A stretch of 64,000 nucleotides of DNA. Source: Saccostrea cucullata. Taxonomy: Eukaryota. The position numbers were made by a program, and so were the translations under genes. The notes beneath the pieces were generated by a model. It did not search any database, was not told where the DNA came from, and saw only the letters and a program-made list of their open reading frames with translations. This document shows positions 23,946-34,700 of this stretch, in pieces (position 1 is the stretch's first letter; every line of letters starts with the position of its first letter). The DNA lies in assembly GCF_032062105.1 (NCBI RefSeq), contig NW_026938254.1:558001-622000 (forward strand), in the 5' to 3' direction.

Positions 23946-25544
23946 CTATAATTCCGTCTTTCCTCTTCGGGCATACAGAACAACTTTGTCCAACTGAGAA
24001 TGGAATTTACCTGTCTCTGAGACTAAAATGTAAAGAAAGAACAGATATTCATTAAAGTGTTTTAATTATAATAATTAATTACGCAGTATAGAATTAAAAG
24101 TAAACTGAGCTGGGCCTCAAAGTTACATACTTTTATTGGCAGCTTTGTCAAATTTGAATTCTTCTGGCTTTAAATGGGTCATTCCAGGGCCCTGTAAAGA
24201 AAATAATAATGAAACAATTTTTAAATATTGATTTCAACAAGTTGAAGATTGAAATTGATCAACATGTTGAAAATAGAGTACATAATTTGTTGTGATATTT
24301 GCTAGGTGTACATATTTAGTTGTGATATCCTTACATAGACCTCTCCCTCCACTGCTGGTATCCCTGACAACTCCATCTTAAAGGCCTGGAAGAAGAGGTA
24401 GGACTGGGGGCGTTCTACGGAGCAGCTGAATTCCTGATGGTCGTCACTCCGCACCATCCCCATTGTCCACTCCTATAACAAAAAGTACAGTGTCACAGGC
24501 AAAATCAATGTCAAATTATAAAATACTCAGTATACTATACATGTGTTACCTTTAGAGTAGTTATTACAGACATATAACCTATTCTTTCTTACAAAATGGA
24601 AAAGGCTGTCTGGATTTAGGTTAAGATCCATCCACTTAATGAAGACTAGCTAATAGTGTATCGATCATTCTCTGAAACATTTTCTTTCTGCTTTGATCAA
24701 GTTATTATATAATTAAGTGAATTCAACAAACTCCAGTCAAATATTGTTGAGACATATTCCATTCCCAAACATTTCCTCGATCTGTATATATTCTCTATCT
24801 CTCTCTCTCTCAAATACATTTACTACTTAAGGAATAACTGTTTAATTTTTTCGTTTCATGATGTGATCAATTGAATGGCTTGAATGATAGTTTGCATAAT
24901 AGACGTCGAAGACATTTATGCATAAAACTATCACGCAAGCCAATTGACTGATCATCAATATGAAACCAAAAAATCTGACAAACAGTTAACGTTATTCCAT
25001 TTATTTACATTTTCTCGATTCCACAAATTCACGTGCTACAGGTCCTCCTTCTGTCTCAATTTGTCCCACAGAAATAAAGTATTTTTACTATTTGTAATTT
25101 TATCTTGGACAAAGACATTGGAAATTTAAATATATAAAAATAAAGTACCTCATTGGTCCCTCCTTGAGCTTGATATGAAAATTTACATGTGACTCCATCC
25201 TTAAAAAAATGTAACATGACGTATTAATTAAAGGGTTACTGGGTTTTTGGTATAGTAATAGTGGACCAGGGATAAAATTTACAATATTTACACAAATATT
25301 AAACTGTGTGCGCTTTAATGTAGGGAGCCTAAATGACCAAAAACAAAACCTAATTGCATAAAGGGAGGCTACTCTAAAAATGAGATCAATAACTCCTTGC
25401 TCTTAAACGTACCCATTCCTTCTCGAAGGAGAGCAATTCACCTCCCGGCTTCAGGTCAAAGGTGGCTACCTGAATCTCGTCCTCATCCATCTCGAAACAA
25501 CTGACAGCGGCTACAACACACACAATTACAATTAACTGCCGCAT
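23946..25544 (-). CDS. MYDGF: Myeloid-derived growth factor homolog (UPF0556/C19orf10), 152 aa; exons 25544-25413, 25199-25149, 24472-24335, 24191-24131, 24022-23946
   Basis: Not in the ORF track; assembled by hand as MRQLIVIVCVVAAVSC (signal peptide) FEMDEDEIQVATFDLKPGG...CKFSYQAQGGTNEEWTMGMVRSDDHQEFSCSVERPQSYLFFQAFKMEL...GKFHSQLDKVVLYARRGKTEL*. Family motifs FD.KPGG, QGGTNE.W, C...RP..SYL.F..F and a KDEL-like KTEL are present. All introns are GT-AG and phase-consistent. Confidence 0.93.
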
Positions 25545-25710
25545 TTTCTCTGCAACTGTTTACAGCTCAGTCGGAAGTGCCGTCGGAGTTTGCCACGAGG
25601 ACCAATGAATATTGCGCCAACTTTGACCTCAAGTTCAAAGGTAAATTGTCGACCAATCGGGATAAAAGTGACTGCAGAGTTGAAAGTTTACTTCAGTCAT
25701 CATTCCCAAC
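25545..25710. promoter_or_regulatory. Compact bidirectional promoter between MYDGF and HSD17B4
   Basis: Only 166 bp between divergent ATGs. CGGAAGTG (ETS/GABP-type) at ~25572, CCAAT at ~25602 and ~25653, and a DR1-like AGTTCA-A-AGGTAA at ~25632-25644. Confidence 0.7.
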
Positions 25711-28700
25711 ATGTCAGCGCCCTTGCGGTTCGACGGGAAAGTTGTTTTAGTGACTGGCGCTGGAAATGGTTTGTCTTTTAATGTCTTTTTTCCCTTAATG
25801 TGAAGAATATTTATGACGATGTGTCTTAAATCAGGCTTTTTAACTATTTTTCTGCAGTAGAGGAAAACGGTGCAAAGTTCATGTATATCTCTCACTAAGT
25901 TCAGAAACTGGAATGTTATTTTAAAGGCTGTATTGCTCTTTCTAGAAATTGTCATGTGTTAGGGACACGTAGCTATGCGTGTTTTTCGGTCAGCGAAATA
26001 TAACTATTATAAGTTTCCCAAATTAATAGAAAAAATTTCAGGTTTGTGCATATTCTATGCATTTGTGTGTGAGAGAGAGGGGAGGGGCATTAATGAATGC
26101 ACAATATATTACAGGCTTTTACAGCAATGTGAAAGAAAATGTGAATTAAATTTAGCAGATTAATATTACAAAAAAATTTGAGCAAAATAATAATGTACCT
26201 AATATATGTATCCAAAATAATTCATAATTTCTACAAGCTAATCCAAGAATAAGAGGAAAAGTATCAAGGTTCTTATATACAATAGTTAGCATATAGATCA
26301 TCGGAAAGACTTATCCTGTTTTGATTTAAGTCTGTGATCTAAATAAAGCCACAAGGTGTATTCGGTATTTGTAGATCATATGAGACCACTGTGTTTTGCT
26401 TAATCATTAACAGATGAGATATTACTGTATTTGTTCTTAAAATAGCAGGCTTCATATTTTAGCGACTTTGGCGCAGACGAGGATCCGCATTTATAAATAG
26501 AATATACGACATGAAGATGTATAGCGCTAATTCATGATTACGCCAACAACTCTGTATCCATTGATTGCACTAAATTTTGAATATGCTAAATTATGTACAT
26601 GTACACTATGTGCTTCTTCTAGATTTTGCATGTGTTAAGATACTAAAAAGCAAAAATTTTAAGAAAATGGAATGGTCAGATGATTTGACAGTCATATTCA
26701 CCCAGATTATAGTATGTGTCATGCACGTGCACTTATATAAGTAATCTTCTTCTTTTACAGGGCTGGGACGGGAGTATGCCTTATGTTTTGCAGAGAGAGG
26801 GGCATCAGTGGTCGGTAAGCTTTCTTTTTGATGTTGTTCAATAACTTGAATATTCAGACAATAAAATAAAAACAAATCCATTTAATCTTCAAATTAATAA
26901 AATTGAATAATTTGATATAGGACTGATAAGTTATAAGATAGAGGGATGTTTATTGCTGTGGATGCAAGAATGTTGATACCTATGCTAAATTGCTGCCATG
27001 GTTGAATAACAGTTATATAATTGTAACGGGAAAGGAGAAAGATGTGACAGACTAGACCCATGATTTGAACCCTGGCCCCCTGAATCTCTAGTAGGGTGCT
27101 CTAGCTACCATATGAGCTGTCTGATCACCAGCTATGGAACCCATTTGACCACCACAATCCTCCCTCCAAGGTTTTGAGTCCCCTAAGACATCAACCCAGG
27201 CTCTTACCTGGCAGGGGAGATTCGCTTGTTACTTCCAGGGCATTACACCAAATGTAACTGGAGAGGAGGAAAATGCAACAGACCAGACTGGGATTTGAAC
27301 CCGGACCCCTTTTTCTCTAGTCAGTCATTCTATCAACTGAGCTAACTGAACATTATGGCAATCAAACCTGTATGACCGCCACCCAATGTTAATCATTGTT
27401 GTCTGTTGTCATATTTTAAAAAAATTTCCAAAACCTGAAAAAAGCAGATTTATGTTTTTAATTAACTTGAATTAAATGAAATGCAATACCTGTTGATACA
27501 GTGTGCCAAAACTAACAATGCCTTACTTTTGTTAAATTTTCAATTATGATTTTGATTTGTAGTGAATGACCTAGGAGGAAACTTTAAAGGTGAAGGAAAG
27601 AGTTCCCGCCCTGCTGATGTAGTGGTGGAGGAAATCAGAGCCAAAGGAGGAAAAGCCGTTCCTAACTATGGTCAGTATTGGGTGGTTCCTAATTATGGTT
27701 GGTATTGGGTGGTTACCAGTACTAATTATGGTCAGTATTGGTTAGTTCTTAACTATGGTCAGCATTGGGTAGTTCCTAACTATGGCTAGTATTGGGTGGT
27801 TCCTAACTATGGTTATTGGGTGGTTCCTAATTATGGTCGGTATCAGGTGGTCACTAACTATGGTCAGTATTGGTTAGTTCCTAACTATGGTCAGTATTGG
27901 GTGGTTCTTAATTATGGTCAGTATTGGGTGGTTCCTAACTATGGTCAGTATTGAGTGGTTCCTAATTATGGTCGGTATCGGGTGGTCACTAATTATGGTC
28001 AGTATTGGTTAGTTCCTAACTATGGTCAGTATTGGGTGGTTCCTAACTATGGTCAGTATTGGGTGGTTCCTAACTATGGTCAGTATTGGGTGGTTTCTTA
28101 CTAGGGTCAGTATTGGGTCATTCCTAACTATGGTCAGTTGGGTGGTTCCTAACTATGGTCAGTATTGGGTGGTTCCTAACTGTGGTCAGTGTTGAGTGGT
28201 TCCTAACTATGGTCAGTATTGAGTGGTTCCTAACTATGGTCAGTATTTGGTGGTTCCTAACTATGGTCAGAATTGGGTGGTTCCTAACTATGGTCAGTAT
28301 TGGGTGGTTCCTATCTAGGGTCAGTATCTGGTAGTTCCTAACTATGGTTAGAATTAGGTGGTTCCTAACTATGTTTAGAATTGGGTGGATCTTAACTATG
28401 GTAAGTGTTGAGTGGTTCCTAACTTTAGCCAGAATTGGGTGGTTCCTAACTTTAGTCAGTGTTGGGTGGTTCCTCATTATGGACAGGTAGGGACCATTCA
28501 TAATTAAAGAAAGAGCAGGGATGGATCAAAACATTTCTTTTGCTTGTATTACCTTCCCTAACTCTATCAGTGGAATGGTGGAATGGATAAAAAAGTTTTC
28601 CCTCTCACAGACCTTATTGGGGCTCAATTCAAGCTCTTCTAACACCATAAAAAAAGGTTTAGTGAAGGTTGAAACCTTTTTCGAACTTTTTTCAAAAGTT

Positions 28701-31700
28701 TGAACAAATTGAGTGGAGTCTCATCAAAAATTAAGGAATGCTATTTCCTCTTCAAGCTATTTTTGGAGGTGCTGAATTTCTAAACTGACAATTACAGTGG
28801 ACCTTCACAGACTTTATCCGGATCAATATCCAGATGCTTCTAACACCATTAAAAAAAGTTTTTATGGAATAGAACCTTTTTAAATGTTTTTTGTCAAAAG
28901 TTTAACTGGTAAATAGTGGTGGAGTCTCATCAAAAATCATGGAATGCTATTTCTTCTTCAAGTTATTTTAGAAGGTACTGAATTTGTAATGTTGTTTTCA
29001 AGATTAAATCATTAAAATTTGTTTAAAAATGAATTTTGAACTGCTTCTTATTAATTAAAAATGTGAGATTTTTTTTGTGTGTGCTAACAGATACTTCTGT
29101 TGATCTTTGTTTGACAGCTTAAAAACAGTGGCAACCTATACATTTTATGTGATCCTTAATAATGTTAAACTATACACAGTGAAAACAGAGTGTGGATTCA
29201 CCAAATGATTGTAAGCTATAGAAATGTTGACATGATTTTTTTATTTTTGTGATTCACAGATTCTGTTGAAGAAGGAGAGAAGCTGGTGAAAACTGCACTA
29301 GAAAACTTTGGTCGTATTGGTAAGTATAACATTTACCAATATCTAGCACCCATTAAAAAGTGTATTGCATTAGCACTTTCATAGTGAAAATTTTCGACTG
29401 GTAAGAGAGAATTCATTTGATTTTATTCCCATAGTGATCAGTAGATTCTATGATTACAGATAGATTGTACATTACAGATAGATTGTACATTACAGATAGA
29501 TTCATGCTCGCATCAGTGACCAGGATTGGGGTCAGTGCACAGAGACTGTTAAGGTCATCTTAGGTTTAACTTTTAGATAAAACATAACGGCATCTCTTTA
29601 GAGAGTAATGTCAAACAAGGGAGATAATTCTTGAATCTTCCGTACAAATTTAGCTGCACATCTTGGAGGGAATTTTGTAAGAGAGTAAAAACTGTATTAA
29701 ACATTCTAATTATATCAGATTTATTGCTTTTAATTTTGGGATTGCTGAATTTTTTTTGTGATCAGGTCAAACACTTGGTTCAAGCACCTGCTCAACTCAA
29801 ACAAAACAAACTTGCAATGCTTGCTGGATGGCTCTGTATTTTCTGATACCGGTATAGACAATTATTTGGTATACGAAATTGATTTCGTTTTGAATTTCTA
29901 TTGCTTACTCAGAGTTGTGCATAAGAATATATGTGTATAGCAGAATTAAGACTGTAGTGACACCTTTAGAGCAAAAACTAACAGACTGTCATGGATAAAA
30001 AAATGAAATTTCAACTAAATGGATGTTAAACACAAGAATCTGGCTGTGTTTTATGAGTTGTTCATAAGTAATCTATCTTATAATATGACAGTAAACATCC
30101 AATTTTCAGATTTAATTCATAAGGTCCACTTGAGGGGTTCCTTCCAGGTAACTAGAGCAGCATGGCCACACATGAAAAATTGTGTTAAAAGGGGTCTGTC
30201 ATTATATCAGATTTATTGCTTTTAATTTGAAAAGAGTGAATTTTTTTTGTGCTAGCATTACATATGTATTACACTGCTTTTGTTTTATACAGAATTATCA
30301 TGGTGACTTCTGCAGCTGGTATCTATGGTATTTAATGATACAAGCTAATTATGCAGGTAAGTTAACATTCTATCCTAGTTTAATTTATATTTATTTTCAA
30401 GAGTGTGCAGAAGAATATATGTCAAAATAGCAGAACTGTAGTGACACGATTGAGAAAAAACTAACGATAGTCGACTTCGGAGCACTTTTTGGAAAAAAAA
30501 ACAACTCATCGATAGCGTTTTTAAAAATCAAAAACCCTTTTCGTAAATTTATGTAAAAAGTAACATTATATGCCTATACTTTGTGTTACACACCGATGTT
30601 CAGATGATCCTTAAGTTGGGATAAGATGTAGAAAAGAAATAGATCTACACCAGCAATTGATTCTCACACATGTAAAAGAACAATTACTTTCATAAATTGG
30701 TCTGTAAATTCTTTTGTTCTAGTACAATTAGAGAATTGTCAGCACAGTGTTTTTAAAGCTTACTCAGTATTTAAAGTAAATTGGAAAAGGGGAGGAGATT
30801 ATTGTTTTAATAATTATCGAAGTTTCAAAACTTCACGGCCATGCTGTGTTCCTATAGCATAATGTAAACATTCATAGAGGTAATAAATAAATTTATAATT
30901 GGTACAAGTCCAATTAATAATTTTCAAAGTCCAGTAAAGCACTTCATAATTTACTACTATAACAATTAAGGTCAGCAATTGAGAAATAATTATCGCGGTA
31001 TGTAATTACCTGGTACTGTACTTTCTATGTTTACAATGTAGAAATTTATATACTGTGACTGTGTTTAAGCTCTTATTCGTATAGAACGTATATATATGTG
31101 TTAGAAATGATTTTACAATTTTATTCAGAATTCATTGACCCCCCCCCCCCCCCCCAGCTGGTATTTGCATGATCAAATTTGAATGTTGTTTCATTACAGT
31201 GCAGGTAAGATAACATTTTTTTGTAGTTATAGATTTATTTTCATGAAGTGTTCAAATTTGTCCTCATCTGTTGACTTTGTTGACCCATCATCTTAACTCT
31301 TGGTTATGAGTCTACATATAGCTCCCTCTAGAATGGGAAAGGATTGTACAATTTGGTTGTGGTTTGCAACGATGTTTTTGACCACAAATTTTATGTGATA
31401 GAACTTCCAGTTTTACAAAGGAGTATCATACATGAAAAAGAGAAAAAAGAACAAGATTTGATTCAGAAAAGTTTGTTCTATGTTAGGGTCCATTGATCAC
31501 TTGTTTTGAAATGTTTGAAATATTTAACTGATCTACATGTGTATTATTCTGTCTTGTGCCAGAATTTCAAAGCACTGTATTTCAAGCTCATTTAATATAA
31601 ACAGACTATTTTGGAGGGAAGTATATAAGGTGTTGATGTGATTTCATTCTCTTTGTTAGCTAAGCTGGGCCTTCTTGGCCTTGGGAATACCCTTGCTATT

Positions 31701-34700
31701 GAAGGAAAGAAGAACAACATTTTCTGTAACACCATAGCTCCAATGGCTGGATCCAGAATGACAGAGACCGTCCTGCCTCCAGGTTTGTCCCTGTAACCAT
31801 TGTTAAAGCTTCAGTGATTTCTAACAAATGTAGAGTCAATACTTGTTTTTTGATTTCAAGTTTTATAATTTGTGCCTGGTGAGGGATGGTGTAGCTTTAT
31901 ATATGTCTATTGTTAAATGTTGGTTATTACATTAATGAATAGTTCTTTGGATCATTATTAGATGTTGGATATCTTATTATCACAGATATTGTGGAAGCCC
32001 TGAAGCCTGAGTATGTAGCACCCCTTGTTCTATATCTGTGTCATGAATCCTGCACCGAAAACGGGTCGCTATACGAATGTGGAGCAGGGTGGATTGGGAA
32101 ACGTAAGAACAGACTTTCCTCTCTTTTTCTTTTAACAAACTACAACAGATTTGATACATGTAAATCTTTTGAGATGGAATGCTTTTAGCTGATGTTTCTT
32201 TATGTTGCTTATTCTAGTGAGATGGGAGAGAACCCAAGGAGCTGTTTGCCGTGAGGCAGGGAGAAGAATGACCCCAGAGGATGGTAAGTATACATGTACA
32301 TCCTTGGTAAAATTAAGAAACTGAAACAAAGTTACACCGAATTTTTTATTGAAATTAACATGTGTAGATTATGAAATTTGAGATTATCTACTGCATTAAA
32401 TTTTTGGTATACATGTACATGTTGCTAACTCAAACTTTTATTTTCAGTTCGTGACAACTGGGACAAAATTTCGGACTTCAGAAATTCTACACATCCCAAA
32501 AGTACAACAGGTTAGTATTAAAATGTCATCTAAATTAAACTCTACATTGTTTTTTATTGTATTGTAATGTCATCTAAAATATACACTGTACTCACAACAT
32601 TATTATTGTACTGCAATGTTTAGCATTAATTTAATCATATTTTTTATGCCATACCTCTCATTTACACCAAATTAATATAAATCATATATTAAAATTGCAA
32701 TAAATTGATATTAAAATTACCAGTAAACACCCCCCTCTCATCAACTAAGTTAAAGGGGGTATGATAAATGTTAATTGTTCCATATAGACAGATGGAGACT
32801 TAATTTGAATCATAAGTAGGAATGAACAAGTTAATATTTTCATATACACTTACATGTATTTGCATTAAAGAAAACAGAAATAGATACAAATCAAACCACA
32901 TATGTTGTGTAAAATATTTTTAATGTACACTAAATCTGATTTTAGATAAAGCTCAGGAAATGTTTGTGTGTAACATATTTTAGATATTTTGTAGAGTCAT
33001 ATTTACGTTAGCATGTTTGAGATATTTTGTAGAGTCATATGTACGTTAACATGTTTGAGATATTTTGTAGAGTCATATGTACGTTAACATGTTTGAGATA
33101 TTTTGTAGAGTCCTCTGCATACATGATGAATGTTCTGAAGGACTTGGACATGGAGCCTTCACCATCACCGCAATCATCTTCAGGGACAGGAGGCATAGAC
33201 ATTGTAAGTCTGACAGCAAGAAAATCAGCTGTTCTTATCTTATTGCTGTGTAGGTCAAGTCATTAATTTGTTTTTTATTCATTATAACTGAATATTGTGT
33301 TGAGCATGTCAGTAACTGATCATGGAATGGTTTCACATCTCAGTCATACAGCAGAGGTGGCCAGATTGTACTTACATGTAACACACTCCCTGAAGGATAT
33401 GTATTTGGTCTCCCTGTTGCAATTTGTACATGTTACATAGTTTAAGGAGTTGTATTACATACATGTGGCCTCCTTTTTGGTATTTAAGTAACATTTATGT
33501 GTTTTCCCTGTTTTGTGTTGTGTTACACATATGTCACTTTCCCGTTTGGGTTTGTGTTAAATGTATGTGGATTCCTGTTAGATGTTTTATATGTATGTGG
33601 CTTCATCGTTGGGATTTGTGTTATGTAACTCCTTTGCATAAGTTGGGAGGTCTATTCCTGTAGTGAAGGGCTGTCTTTATGGTGCCCCTCCTCTTTGTGA
33701 TATTGTGTTTCTTTGTACCAGGAGGCAGCTAAAGCACATAGAGGACCACCCAGTCAGTTCACCTACACAGAACGAGATGTCATTCTGTATGCTCTTGGAG
33801 GTATTTGAGTCTTCTTCTAGTATTGTATACCTTTTGGAATTAAAATGATTAAGTATTCATATACACATGTAGATGTATTCTAATCTTCCTGTAAATTAAA
33901 TAGATTTTTAAATTGATTGTATTGATTGGATGTCTAGTTTGGATAATGTGAAGTATTAATGTACAAGTACATTTGACAGTTGGTTCATCCACTAAGGAGC
34001 CGGATTACCTGAAGTTTCTGTTTGAGGGGGCTGGAGATTTCTGTGTCCTCCCCAGTTTTGCTGTCATTCCTGCCTTTAATTCCCAGACAGGGATGATGAT
34101 GGGGGGCCTACCAGGATTCCAGATTGATTTGACTAAGGTGAAAGTCAAACTACTCTGTACAGTACTGCTATACTGACTTTGTAATTCATTTACCAAATGA
34201 ATTTATGGTTAATAAGCAGTGATATTTGTACTTCCTTTGAGCTTTGATCTAGCTTGTGCTCTCTGAGTTCTAGTTTATGATCTGTGTACTATAAATTTTT
34301 TTAAGAAAAATGTAAAAATATTTATTTTAGGTTCTACATGGAGAGCAATATACAGAAGTGTACAAACCCCTCCCAACCAAGGCTACACTGACCTCTAAAT
34401 CAAGAGTAGTGGACATACTGGACAAGGGATCAGGGGCAGTTCTTATTGTCAATGGTAAAATAAACAGTTAGATGCTTATTGATAATGCATGACCCTGTGG
34501 CCTATGAATTAAGCCCTTGGTGTAAAGGTTAACGATAATGCATGCTACTGTTTTGTATTTTCAGTGGAAACCTTTGATGAAAACAATGAGAAGGTTGCAT
34601 TTAACCAGTTCAGTACATTTGTGGTTGGTGCTGGGAAATTTGGAGGAAAGCGGAATTCTGATGAAGCCAAACCCACAGTTAATCCTCCCAAAAGACCCCC

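Noticed and set aside
25591-25606. Canonical ER-stress element upstream of MYDGF
   Set aside because: CCACG and CCAAT are present, but their order and spacing match neither ERSE (CCAAT-N9-CCACG) nor ERSE-II (ATTGG-N-CCACG).
28124-28501. 125-aa repetitive minus-strand ORF (LTIVRNHPI)n
   Set aside because: Antisense reading of the 27-bp minisatellite.
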